DNA of 64,000 bases from Hypanus sabinus (lineage: Eukaryota), in contig NC_082711.1 in the NCBI RefSeq assembly GCF_030144855.1, positions 169,012,001-169,076,000 on the forward strand. Reading direction: 5' to 3'. The notes beneath the pieces were generated by a model. The model searched no databases and was not told the DNA's origin. It worked only from the letters and a program-made list of their open reading frames with translations. This document shows, piece after piece, positions 14,097 through 26,240 of the stretch (the stretch's first letter is position 1; each line of letters begins with the position of its first letter). The translations under genes were made by a program, and so were the position numbers.

Positions 14097-14230
14097 CAAC
14101 TCCTTCACCTCCCGCTGGGAGCTCCGGCCCCCTCCGACGGCGCCGCCATGGTCATGGGCCACCGCACCGGAACGACCTTTCCAGCCGCCGTCACTGCGCC
14201 TGCGTGCCGCGCCTCCTCCCGCCCTTTGCC
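14097..14230 (-). other. TNFAIP1: Probable non-coding exon 1 of TNFAIP1 (5' boundary approximate)
   Basis: Strong donor TTG|GTGAGT at 14096 on the minus strand inside the CpG island, head-to-head with IFT20; the TSS cannot be read from sequence. Confidence 0.55.
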
Positions 14231-14559
14231 GCCAAGTCGCGCATGCGTGCAATTCCCCTCAGGGGCGTCCAGTTATTTACCTTACCGGGAGGGGGGGATT
14301 TCCTGAGAAAAAAATTACCCTCCGTGAGGAAATAATGTGCAATGAAAAGGATTTTATTTAACTAAAATAATGTTTTATAACGAGCTGTTGGAAAGCACTC
14401 TGGGAGTAAAGTGTTGGAGCAGAGAACGTGCCTGCCGTGACGCGAACACAATGGACGGGGTTGCGCATGCGCGGCGGGTGACGTCACCCGGATCGAGGTC
14501 CGTCGTCGCCGTGGCAGCGGTCGCCGGAGGCTGGTGGCACGGTTACACACCGGGGGGCG

Positions 14560-14680
14560 ATGGAAGCGCTGGGCGAGGCTGGGCTGCACTTTGACGAGCT
14601 TAACAAACTGAGGGTCCTGGACCCGGAGGTGGCCCAAAGCACGGTAGAGCTGAAGGAAGAGTGCCGGGACTTTGTGGAAA
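14560..14680 (+). CDS. IFT20: IFT20 coding exon 1
   Basis: [40 protein letters not shown] matches the IFT20 N-terminus; donor A|GTAGGT at 14681; 121 nt, phase 1. Confidence 0.95.
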
Positions 14681-15481
14681 GTAGGTACTGGGGAAGAGCG
14701 GGCCATCACTGGTCACCATATGGAAGACGGGTGACCGCTTTAAAGGGGAGAGGTGTACAACTTTGTGGAACTACCTCAGGATAGTTCCTATCTTAAAGAT
14801 AGTAGAATCAGGATAGTGGAGAAGGCAGGAACGGGTTACTGAGTGTGGATTATCAGCCGTGATCACATTGAATGGCGGTGCTGGCTTGAAGGGCTGAATG
14901 GCCCACTCCTGCACCTATTGTTATCCCAAAGGTGTTGTTGGATCAGTGAGGAAGGAGGGAGTAGCTCTGTAGGGGCCTTATCAGCACTCTTTGGTTGAAA
15001 GATAAATATTGGTATTGACTATCTTGTCATTCTTGTAACTACTTATGTAGGATCTCTTGTGCCCTGTCGGTAACTGAGGTGCTGGGGGAACTAGGATGTC
15101 AGGCAGCATCTGTAGAGGAATATGAGTAACTGTCATTTCAGGTCTGCCAGTCCAGATGAAAGGTCGATTGGTCAATTCCCAGTACAGATCCGTTGAGTTC
15201 CTCCTGCAGCATGTTTTATTTTCCTCCAGACTCTGGCTTCTTGTGGGCTCCATCCTTTATACCCCAATGGAGCTTAGTAATAGTGCGATCATTCTAATCG
15301 GGTATGATGTTCTAAGGTTGGTCCGCAGATGGCTGGAGAGGCTGATCCAGGATCCTGTTTGGTAGTGTGGATTCACTTAATGGAGAACGGCTGTGTGTGA
15401 CTTTGTTAAACATGGGGAGGCTGATGTATGGGCAGCCACCTTGACAGATCGGGGTCAGGGTCCAGTGGCATAGAATACAAG

Positions 15482-16128
15482 GGAGATTGTAGTGAGGGGG
15501 GGAAAGGGGAGAGAGAAAGAGAGCCAGACTGAGGTGGTAGATAGGGATGGGGGTGGGCGGGCAGGGGTATCAACAGAGGTCTGTGAGTTGGATGTTCATG
15601 CCAGCAGGTAGGAGGCTACCTAGACGGGAGATAAGGTATTGCTCCATCGACCTGCGTGTGGCCTCATCTTGACGCTAGAGGAGGCAATGGACAGACATGT
15701 CAGAGTGGGGATGGTCTGTGGAGTTGAAGTGTGTGGAAGTGTATAAATGGCCATTTATACATTGGGGAGACCCGCCGCAGACTCGGAGACCGTTTCGCCG
15801 AACACCGGCGCTCAGTCCTCCAGCAGTGGCGGGATCTCCCTGTGGCCACACGCTTCGGTTCCACGGATCACTCCCACTCCGAGACTCCGATGCCCCTGCC
15901 CCCTTACCCCCATCCCTATCTATTGTTTTGGTCTGGTTCTCTTTCTCTCTCTTCTTCCCCCCTCACTATAATCTCCCCCCAGCCCTACATTTCTTTCTCT
16001 TTTATTCTCCACCTTCCCCCTAGCCCATTTCCCTCCAGCCTATCACTTCCCAGCTCTCTACTTCATCCCTTCCCCCACTTCTTATCCCCTCTCCACCATC
16101 CCATGTAAAAAAAGAAAAAAAAAAGAAA
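15482..16128. mobile_element. Penelope-like insertion made of two inverted fragments plus an A-rich tail
   Basis: GIY-YIG motif LYIGETRRRLGDRFAEH on + (ORF 15731-16108). 15482-15735 is a related sequence on the minus strand. 10-bp TSD AGAATACAAG at 15472-15481 and 16129-16138. Confidence 0.8.
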
Positions 16129-16619
16129 AGAATACAAGACGACTGGGGACCCTTCACTGCTGTTGTGATGTGACGTTGTCTTCCACCAGCTCTGCCATTG
16201 AAGTCTTGGTTGGATTGAGTTTTGTCTGGAACCTCCTCGCTGATGCTGTGGGTGATTCTACAAGGAGCCAAGTGCCAGGTGGCTAAACTCCAGACGGTAT
16301 TGCTCTCAGGAACTCACAAACCTCTCCACAACAAGGTGGCATTACTTGGATAAGACACATCAGTTCAATACCTCATTCTGAAGGAGGTGCCTCTGGTAGC
16401 ACAGCACTTCAAAGTTTATTATCGAAGTACATATACGTCACCATATACAGTACTGAAATGTGTTTTCTTGTGGGCATTACTCAATAAATCCAATAGCCAT
16501 GATGGAATCAATGAGGTAGGCTTGGCTTGCCCTGCTGTTGGGGATGTTGGTTCAGATGCCTGGACTGCAACTGCTTGAATAGTAGATGGCGAGGTACATC
16601 TGACCTTGAACAACATGAG

Positions 16620-16786
16620 CAAACAAAAGGAAATCTGCAGATGCTGGAAATTCAAACAACAACACACACAAAATGCTGGTGGAACACAGCAGGCCAGGCA
16701 GCATCTGTAAGGAGAAGCGCTGTCGACGTTTCTCCCTATAGACGCTGCCTGGCCTGCTGTGTTCCACCAGCATTTTGTGTGTGTTG
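16620..16786. mobile_element. Short palindromic Penelope-terminus element
   Basis: Inverted arms (ACACACAAAATGCTGGTGGAACACAGCAGGCCAGGCAGC..T / A..GCTGCCTGGCCTGCTGTGTTCCACCAGCATTTTGTGTGT); 14-bp TSD TTGAACAACATGAG at 16606-16619 and 16787-16800. Confidence 0.85.
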
Positions 16787-18054
16787 TTGAACAACATGAG
16801 ATGCTTTTGACAATAAAAAAGCATGCAACTGGAGGAAATTCTTTTAGCAGAGTACAGAAAGAACGCTGTAGCTTTTTGGAGTTGAAACCAGACTAGGTTA
16901 CTATGCTTAGTTTCTATTTTTGTGTGCTGAATTTTTATGCTTTCCTGGCTTATCCCAAAATCTCTTATTTTAGTCTTGAATACAGTTTAAAAGTAGCTTG
17001 TAAGGCCTGGGATAGAAAATGCCAAAGATCAGAATGCCAGTAAATGAAGCCTAATTTAATTTTCTCTTGGTTCATACTTGAGAGAAAGTGTAGCCAATTT
17101 CATCATTCACTGTCAGAACAGAGTTACATCCATCTGTAGAAGTCCTTTAGATCAGAAATACGGACTCCTCACTCCTTTGGCTAACTTCAGTGTTGTATGA
17201 GGATTGTAGCAGAGAGAGAGATACCCTCCTCAAAAAGCAGCACTATGAAGATTCTCAGAGAATTCTCATCGAGAAATACTACCTTATTATCTTTTGGAGA
17301 CTCACTAGACTGGAGATGCTGAAAATATGGAGCAACACACAAAGGTGCTGGAAGAACTCAGCAAGCCAGGCAGCATCTCACAATAGTCCCGATGAAGAGC
17401 TGACTAACCATTTCCCTTCATGGATGCTGCCTGGCTCGCCAGCTCCAGCTCCTTTCTGTGAGCCTCCTCTTATCTTTTGCTATTTCAATTACGTAGTATG
17501 TATGATGGAATTTTTACTGTGGTAATCTTGTCATATTTCTCAGAGTCATGCACAGGTAAAGTATGGCGCTGAGCCAAGGATGAGGTAATATGGGTTAATA
17601 AAAGCCTGGTCATACAGGTAGGTTTTATGAAAGGTTGCAAGAGGTGTGATAATTAGAGGCCCATGTGGCTGAGTACATAGCTGTTGGTTATAGTGAAGAA
17701 GTTGAAATAAGCTAATCGCAGAAGAATCTAGAGTTCCTAAATAGTCATTAATTACGAAAAAAGGTTCACTTTGGGACTAAGCTCATATATTCTACCCTTT
17801 CATCCACAACATAGGGGTTTTGAAGAAATGTCTGCGGTTAAGAAGTTTTAAAACATTGTTAACTGAGACTTGGAGAAAGTTATTGAAGTGTTTGGACTGC
17901 TGTATGGAATAACATGTAGGTGACATTTTCAGTGAGTTTGAGCTTCTGTAAATTGTAGAATAGTAGGGTTAATGACACTTTTACACCTTTTCCTCTGATC
18001 CACCCTCTCCAAGGAAGTTAATCGGCTGCTTCCCACTATTTATTTTTCTTTTTA

Positions 18055-18320
18055 CTTAGAGATACAGTGTGGAACAGGCCCTTCTGGCCCACCGAGCCAC
18101 GCCTCCCAGCAACCTAACTAACCGTAGCCTAATCAAGGACAATTTTTTACAATTAACCTACAACCGGTACGTCTGAGGACTGGGAGGAAACCAGAGCATC
18201 GAAGGAAATCCCGCAGATGGGAAGGAATGTACAAACTTGCTTCCAGAGGGGCTGGAATGGTACTCCAATGCCTCGAGCTGTAATAGCATTGCACTTACCT
18301 TGACACTACCGTGGTGCTCA
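18055..18320 (-). mobile_element. V-type/HE1-like SINE
   Basis: Reverse complement of the SINE at 1-220 (GGGAGGAAACCAGAGCA; ACAGGCCCTTC). Confidence 0.65.
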
Positions 18321-20081
18321 TTTATAAAGTTTACCCAGCGCTGACTGCCTCACCTTGACAAACTTTCAAATGCAGCCTTCTGCTATTTTAATGATCAATC
18401 AAGGTGACAAAGTTCCATACAAAATGGAATTTGACTAGGTTTGGAGAGACTTATTTTTACACCTTCTAAAATACTATTGTGAATTAAATCAATTGAGCAA
18501 GAGGAGACAGAGTTCACGATTGTAATTGAAATAATGAAAAAAAGAAATTTGGGAATAACACTGTGGATTATGATCATTCCATTTAAACTCACTGTAAACA
18601 GCAGATTTTTAATAAAAGGAGTGCAGGGGATCTGATAGATTTAGAAATGTATATCTCTAAAACCTTTGTGACTTCCAAAATCAGTAATAATTCAGGTTCA
18701 GTAAAAATGCTACTTGCTCCACAAATATTTTCACTGTATTAGAAGTAAACATTGTATGAATTCCTAATGAAATTTGGGTTTTCAGTATTTAAAAGTTAAC
18801 TTTTGAGATTAACTGCACAAACTCAGATTGAGAATCAACCACATCCTTTGTACTTCACTTGCTTCAATAACAGTAGTACAATATAGGAAGGATGTGGTTT
18901 GATCATATGGGGTGGCGTCTAGACAACCACAACGTAAACCTTTATAACTTCTCAGCAGGTGTTAGACTTGTCCCTAAAAGGATCTCTCTACATATCTCTA
19001 TAAGGTGAAAAATTAACTTTTTGTCTGTGGTTTGAAAATAAATTGCAAGCCTACATTAATCAGGAAGAGAGGCTCCAAGATCTTTCAGAAACCGAATTAA
19101 AATTTTTTTGAGATGTCACTCTTAAGAAATGGTAATTATTTTTCTCCTGCTGTAACTTAACATCAAGGATTCAGTACCAAGGTATCATTAACAGTACAAT
19201 TTTTTTTAAATCCCAATCACTTAGCCTCTTAATTTTGAAGTACTGATGAAAAGGCTGCATAATGAATTGCATAAAATTATACGACATTTTATGTAAGTTT
19301 CTTGTGGATTTTAAAGTACACAAGAATTTGGATTATAGCATGGTATTATTAGATGGTCGTCTCAGATTAGATTATTACCGTCTTTGATTCCAATTTAAGA
19401 ATTTGATTAAAACACTACATATAAAACCAAATCACGATAAATTATTAGTGGACCATAATCACAGGGAAGACACCAGCAGTATGCCTGATGTTGTAGTGTG
19501 TGAAGGAAGAGAAGTGAGTGCAGTTACTGTTACAAGAGAGAGGGTGCTCAAAAAGCTGAAAGACCTAAAGGTACATAAGTCACCTGGACCAGAGGAACTA
19601 CACCCCAGGGTTCTGAAAGAAGTAGTGTTAGAGATTGTGGTGGCATTAGAAATGATCTTTTAAAAGTCATTGGACTCTGGCAAGCTGCCAGTGGGCTGTA
19701 GCATGTTGTCCATTCTTCAGAATCAGCAAAAGTAATATATGGGCACAAATAGATATAAATTTGTCCTTCTTTGGCTATAATTGGATGTATAATGACGAAA
19801 CCAGTCAAATGTGATATCCAGATGCATTCCAGGAAGATTTGTGGTCAGTCACGTAAAAGACTGCAACCAAGCTGAAAACAATGAGGTGATGGATTATGTT
19901 TATTACAGTGTCGTGAAATTCTTTTTGATGATTTTGTTAAGGGAAGTTTTGTACTGTGGTCTGGAAATAGAACTGATTAGTGGAAACAATTCCAGCATGG
20001 GCAAGTAGACTGCAACGTAACTGGAAAGTGCATGCAACTTATGATGTGTAATTTTGCATCAAATCTTTTAATTTTTTTCAG

Positions 20082-20167
20082 AAATAGCCCAGTTCCAAAA
20101 GATTGTCGGTGGGTTAATTGAGATTGTTGATCAACTTGCAAAGGAAGCTGAGAACGAAAAGATGAAG
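20082..20167 (+). CDS. IFT20: IFT20 coding exon 2
   Basis: tttttttcag| acceptor; (K)[28 protein letters not shown]; donor |GTAATG; 86 nt. Confidence 0.97.
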
Positions 20168-21265
20168 GTAATGTTCCTAAGTAATTTTATTTGTATGTTT
20201 TTGACAATGGGAAGAAAAAATATGGCATTATTAATTCTTTTACTAAGTCAGCTTGTTAAAGTTTCTTCCTTATGAAACTAAAAATGGTCTGCCAGCAGGG
20301 AAGTCATCATATGGTAATTAAATCCAGCATTACAATGTGCGAGCTTGCGTTTGATGCATTCAGCAAATAGAGTCTGATGGAGTTTGCAATAAGTGGTGCT
20401 TTGTGGATTGCAGAGTAGTTTTCTCTTTGATAGAAGTTGTAACTGTTACATCAAGGTGTATAGTTCTTAATAAGTAAGATCATGTCAATCCATACACTTC
20501 TAGGTTGAGCCAGCCACATTGGCTGGAGAATAAAAACATTGCTTATTGTGAAGTGGTGAGGAAGAGGATTTGCCAATGACTGAAGGATGGGAAAGTTGTG
20601 ATAAGGACATAAGGAGGCTGCATTGGGATGTAGATGCTTGGGCAAGAACTCTGACAATTCAAGTAAAATGTAGGGAAAAGGTGAAATCAAAATTTTGTCA
20701 AGTGAAATACAAAGGGATTTTATCTAAATAATGAAATTGCAGGTTTGAGGGCCAGAGGGATCTGGATGTGAATGATTCACAAAAGGCTAGGTTGCAGACA
20801 CAGCAAGTAATTAGGAAATCGATCAATGATGTTGCTCCACTCTACAGAAAGTGAATATGAAAATAGGGACTCTATATTTCACTTATACAGGGCATAGGTG
20901 AAGCCATGTTGAGTACAATGTATAACATAAATCTCATTTAAGAAAGGATGTGAATGCATTATAGGCAATTCAAAGGAGATTGCCTAGGCTGATACCCGGA
21001 ATAGGTGAGTTGCCGCGAGAAAATTGTGGACCAGCTAAGAATTACTGTAGTTTACAAGCATGAGAGGGGATTTAATTCTATGATCCTGAGGTAGACAGAT
21101 GATAAGCAAGTTATCTTGGGTAGTTGAGAAGGTGGTGCTGCTGATCAACCATGATCGTAGATAGTGAGGGAAGGCTTAGGGAGTGGGGTGTCCTGCATCA
21201 ACTTATGTTCTTAATTTGTATGTTTGTAAAAATTAGTGGTTGATTAACTTTGTTGCTGTCAACAG

Positions 21266-21369
21266 GCCATAGGGGCCAGAAACCTTCTGAAATCAGTTGC
21301 TAAGCAAAGGGAAGCACAACAGCAGCAACTCCAAGCTCTAATAGCTGAAAAGAAAATGCAACTTGAAAG
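21266..21369 (+). CDS. IFT20: IFT20 coding exon 3
   Basis: aacag| acceptor; [34 protein letters not shown](R); donor AG|GTTTGT; 104 nt. Confidence 0.97.
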
Positions 21370-21456
21370 GTTTGTTAACATTTTACATTTTACTAAAAAA
21401 GAATTGACTGATATTGCAGTGTCTTACATCTAGTCATTGCCCTGATGCTGTTAAAA

Positions 21457-22153
21457 ACATAGAAAAACTACAGCACATTACAGGCCCTTCAACCCACAAA
21501 GCTGTGCCAAACATGTCCTTACCTTAGAAATTACCTAGGGTTACCCATAGCCCTCTCTTTTTCTGAGTTCCATGTACCTGTCCAGGAGTCTCTTAAAATA
21601 CCTTATCCACCTCTACCACCATCGCCAGCAGCCCTTTCCACACACTCACCACTCTCTGCGTAAGAAACTCACCCCTGACATCTCCTCAGTACCTACTTCC
21701 AAGCACCTTAAAACTGTGCCCTCTCATGCTAGCCATTTCAGCCCTGGGAAAAAGCCTCTGACTATCTACATGATTAATGCCTCTCATCATCTTATACACC
21801 TGTCATCCTACGTCGCTCCAAGGAAAAAAGACAGAATTCACTCAACCTATTCTCATAAGGCATGCTCCCCAGTCCAGGCAACATCCTTGTAAATCCCCTC
21901 TGCACCCTTTCTATGGTTTCCACATCCTTCCTATAGTGAAGCGACCAGAACTGAGCACAGTACTCGCCAAGTAGGGTCTGACCAGGGTCCTGTATAGCTG
22001 CAGCATTACCTCTCGGCTCCTAAATTCATTTCCACGATTGATGAAGGCCAATGCACTGTATGCTTTCTTAACTACAGAGTCAACCTGCGCAGCTGCTTTG
22101 AGTGTCCTATGGACTCGAACCCAAGATCCCTCTGATCCTCCACACTGCCAAGA
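21457..22153 (-). mobile_element. CR1 LINE 3' fragment
   Basis: ORF 21911-22204 has VHRTLKAAAQVDSVVKKA..MLQLYRTLVRP; closely similar to the copy at 37911-38343. Confidence 0.85.
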
Positions 22154-22607
22154 GTTAAATGTAAATATCTTTCTGCGATTTGTACTCAGATCACATACCA
22201 GCAATAATTATGATTAATCTTTCATTTTGTCATTGTGCTGTCATCTAAGGAAATAAGGAATTAAACTAAAAGCCTTCATTGTGTCATAACTCAATCAGAA
22301 ACAGCATGAAAGATGAGCTACAGACCACAGGAGCATTCTGTATTCCTGAACCAGTCATTTTTTTTAAAGCAATCTGTTTTAATGATATCTGTAGAGTTCA
22401 GAGACACACTTTCAGTTGCTCAGACAAGTCATTTGCTGAAAAGTGCCAAAAGCAGGTCGGGTTGTAACTTCCACAGAGCTTTTGTTTCTTATTTCCTTCA
22501 GTCTGACTGGCTGTGAAGGGTTGTAGTGAACTGCGTTGATTCTCTTGGCTTTTTGAATTTAGAGCTGATTGTCATTTTGATGTTAACGATTCCAGTTTTC
22601 ATAATGG

Positions 22608-22970
22608 ACACAAAATTCTAGAGGAACTTGGCAGTTCAGCCAGCATCTAGAGAAAGGAATAAAGAGCCGACGTTTTGGGCTGAGACCCTTCGTCAGGACT
22701 GGAAAGGAAGGAGGTGGAGACCAGAATAAAGTGGTGGAGGAGGGGAAGGAGTACAAACTAGAAGGTGATAGGTGAGACCAGGTGAGGGGTGGGAGTGGGG
22801 GGAAGGTGGATGGGGCGGGGGAGATGAAGTGAGAAGCTGGGAGGTGATAGGTGGAAAATGTAAAGGACTGAAGAAGGAGGAATCTGATAGAAGAGAGTGG
22901 ACTGTGGGAGAAAGGGAACTTTGATGGGCAGAGGGAGGCGATAGGCAAATGAGGAAAAGAGAATGGGTAA
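22608..22970 (-). mobile_element. Penelope-like 3' terminal fragment with hammerhead-like core
   Basis: Minus strand reads AGTC-CTGACGA-AGGGTCTCAGCCC-AAAAC-GTC-GGCT at 22665-22700. Confidence 0.7.
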
Positions 22971-23024
22971 GAATCCCAGTTTTTATAATCCTCTTTTAAA
23001 GAGGCAAACTAGACCCCAACTTTT

Positions 23025-24530
23025 TGACCATAAGACATCGGAATTGAATTAGGCCATTTGGTCCATCGAATTTGCTCCACCATCCACCATAGCTGATGTA
23101 TTCTCCCTCTCACCCCTTTCTCCTGCCTTTCCCCATAACCTTTGATGCCCTGACTAATCAGGAACCTGTCAACCTCCACCTTAAATATAGTCAATGAGTT
23201 GGTCTCCACAGTGGCCTGTGGCAATGAATCCCACAGATTCACTACCCTTTGGTTAAAACAATTCCTCCTTATCTCTATTCTGAGGCTGAGCCCTCTGGTA
23301 GTAGACTCCCCCGCTATAGGAAACACCTTCTTCACATCCACTCTATCTTGGCCTTTCAATATTCAATAAGTTTCAATGAGATCCCCTTTCATTCTTCTAA
23401 ATTCAAGTGAGTACAGGTGCAGAGCCATCAAATGCTCTTCATATGTTAACCCTTTCATTCCTGGAATCATTTTCAGGAACCTCCTCTGAATCCATTTAAA
23501 TAAGTAGCACACCTGTTGGGTAAAGATCCCAAAACTGCTCACAGTTTCCTGCACAAGGACTCCCAAGTCCCTTTGCACCTCTGATGATTTATTTTTTTTT
23601 CCCTGTTTAGAAAATAGTCTATACCTTTATTCCTTATACCAAAGTGCATGACCATACCCTACCCCACATTAAGTTCCATCAGCCACTTATTTGCCCATTC
23701 TCACAATCTAAATCCTTCTGCACACTCCCTGCTTCCTCAACACTACCTTCCCCTCCACCTATCTTTGATCATCTGCAAGTATGGCCACAAAGTCGTCATT
23801 GATGTATAATGTGATAAGAAGCTGTCCCAACACCGATGCCCATGGAACACTGCTAATCACTGCAGCCAACCAGGTTAGGCTCCCTTTATTCCCACTCTGT
23901 CTCGTGACAGATAGCCTATTTTCTTTCTATGCTAGTATCTTTCCTGTAGCACCATGGGCTCTTACCGTGTTAAGTAGCCTCATGTGTGGCACTTTGTCAA
24001 AGGCCTTCTGAAAATCCAAGTAAGCAACATCCACTGACTCTCCTTTATCCTACCTGCTAGTTCCTCAAAAGAATTTCAGCAGATTTCCTTTAAGGAAACT
24101 GTGCTGACTTTGGCCTATTTTATCAAGTGCCTCCAAGTACCCTGAAATCACACCTTTAATAATAGAGTCCAACATCTTTCCAACCCTCCCTTCTGAAAGA
24201 GTGGAGTGACATTTACAATTTTCCAGTCCTCTGGAACTATTCCAGAATCTAGTGATTCTTGAACGATCATTACTAAATGCCTCCACTATCTCTTCAGCTT
24301 TCAGCTTCCCAAGAACCTTCTCCTTAGTAATAGCAACTACACTCACTTTTGTCCTCTGACACTTTTGAGTTTCTGGCATTCTACTAGTGTCTTCCACAGT
24401 GAAGACTGACACAAAATACTTATTAAGCTTGTCCACCATTTCTTTGTACCCCATTACAATCTCTCCAGTGTCATTTTCCAGTAGTCTGATATCCATTCTT
24501 ACCTCTCTTTTACTCTTTATAAATCTGAAA
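23025..24530 (-). mobile_element. Degenerate CR1 LINE (RT to 3' end)
   Basis: ORFs 23009-23359, 23363-23578 and 24065-24496 carry CR1 motifs (LNKYFVSVFTVED, QRDLGVLV, YSLEFRRMKGDLIETY, FNQRVVNLW). Confidence 0.85.
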
Positions 24531-25810
24531 AAATAAGATACTAGTTATTTTCAGTGAAAATAAAGTTATTTTCTTCAATTGGTGTTTCAGTCTATGTTGT
24601 TTGTTCGTTATGTGCCATGTCATATAACGTGGGCGACTATGGTCTTTCCGTGGGCATGCTCTGGGCAAATTTTTCTACAGATGTGGTTTGCCATTGCTGC
24701 CTTCAGACAGTGTCTTTACAAGACAGGTGACTCCAGCAATTTGTCTGCCTGGCGTCAGTGGTCGCGAAGCCAAGATGTACACCAGCTGCTCATCCACCAC
24801 ATGTTTCCATGACTTTACATGACCCTGATCAAGGAGTTAAGTAGTTGGTACATCGTATCCAAGGGTGACCTGCAGATTAATGGAGGGAAATACACCTTAC
24901 ACCTCCTTTGGTAGAGATGTATCTCCACCCTGCCACCCAAATACTCTATATAGTGCCTTTAAAAGTGATTTACAGGAATGTTAATTACAAAATGACACAG
25001 GCAATAGGATGGGTGATCAACTACTTCAATGAAAATGCTTTTCTAAAACTGCAATGCGATTCCATCAGCATTTTGAAATTGCTGTTTCAGTAAAGCATAT
25101 ATTTTGGAAAAAAAAAGAGAATTTGTGAACCAGAGTTCTAGTTGGTAGATAAAAAGTTATTAGTTAAGAGGAAGAAGAGAAAGTTCTTGAAAGGCTGCAG
25201 CATTTAACATAAATGTAGAAATAGGAAGAGGTTCCTAATAGAGGAATTTTAGCATAGGAACATTAAATTTCACTGTAAATAATAAGGGGTGCAGTAGTAA
25301 TGCATGTGATTGTGGAGTTTAGTTGAATGAAAACCACTTCAGGACAAATATTACAAGGTAGCTTAATTGAGCAATTCTCTTGGTTCCTTTTTATTTTTGA
25401 GAAGCAACTTGTTCCATGATTTCATTACTGTTTATTTGTGATTGAATGAAACAAGTTGGCCAGTTTCTAGGGTCATTCTGGATGCTGGCTATACAATTCA
25501 GCAAGAAATATCATGCATGTTTAAGATTGTAGTAATATTTAACGATGCTCCAATCATCTATAAGTATACTGGATAAGAGACTTTAGGGAAAATCGTCCAT
25601 ATTGTCAGGTTTTTTTACTTTATTTCCTCAAGCTGTCATGAGCATTGTTCTGTGCAAGACCATTTTACATGTGTGGAATCAACTTTCAAATAGACATTGT
25701 GACATGTTTTTTCCCCTGAACAATCTATAAGCAAGTGTGTTACACATAAACTATTGTTACTTTTATCTTCTGGGTAAAATGTGTAACAGAGGACATGTTT
25801 TTTTTTGTAG

Positions 25811-25892
25811 ATATCGGATTGAATATGATGCCCTGTCAAAGGTAGAAGCTGAACAGAATGAGTTCATTGACCAATTTATTCTTCAGAAATGA
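25811..25892 (+). CDS. IFT20: IFT20 coding exon 4 (last)
   Basis: ttttttgtag| acceptor; [26 protein letters not shown]-stop; the four exons total 393 nt = 130 aa + stop. Confidence 0.97.
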
Positions 25893-26176
25893 CACAAGGA
25901 GAGACTCTAAAGTGAGAAGTATATTTGTCACAACAATGCAGAGATTTCAGTGATTATTCCATTATGCCATTCCATCAACACAGTGACTTTACTCACAGTG
26001 CATTTTTGAATTGCTATTTCAGTGAATATAAAGCATATATTTCTATAATGCAGATTTATATGTAGTCATTTGGACTGTATCAGCAATTTTTACTGCAATG
26101 TTGAAATACACTTTATCAGATACAATTTCGGCAAGCTAGTATTATGTAAATACTTTGTATATTTTATGTTATAGCT

Positions 26177-26240
26177 AATAAATCATTCTTGCAATGTGTA
26201 TGATCTTATTTATTAGCTGTTCTTTACGACTATTAATAAA
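26177..26240 (+). terminator. Candidate IFT20 polyadenylation signals
   Basis: AATAAA at 26177-26182 and 26235-26240, each followed by GT/T-rich sequence, about 290-345 nt after the stop. Confidence 0.6.

Larger units (their letters stand above)
13990..14730. promoter_or_regulatory. CpG-island bidirectional promoter of TNFAIP1 (-) and IFT20 (+)
   Basis: Sharp GC/CpG enrichment. NRF1-type sites at 14238-14249 and 14462-14473 (TGCGCATGCGCG). Full CRE TGACGTCA at 14479-14486. kB-consensus GGGGATTTCC at 14294-14303. X-box-like GTCGCCGTGGCAGC at 14505-14518. Confidence 0.85.

Noticed and set aside
14105-14107. In-frame TGA between the two TNFAIP1 uORFs as selenocysteine
   Set aside because: No SECIS can be assessed (the 3' UTR is outside the window) and there is no selenoprotein homology.
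13955-14709. Several overlapping GC-rich ORFs in the CpG island
   Set aside because: Expected from low stop-codon density in GC-rich DNA; only 14560-14680 has protein homology.
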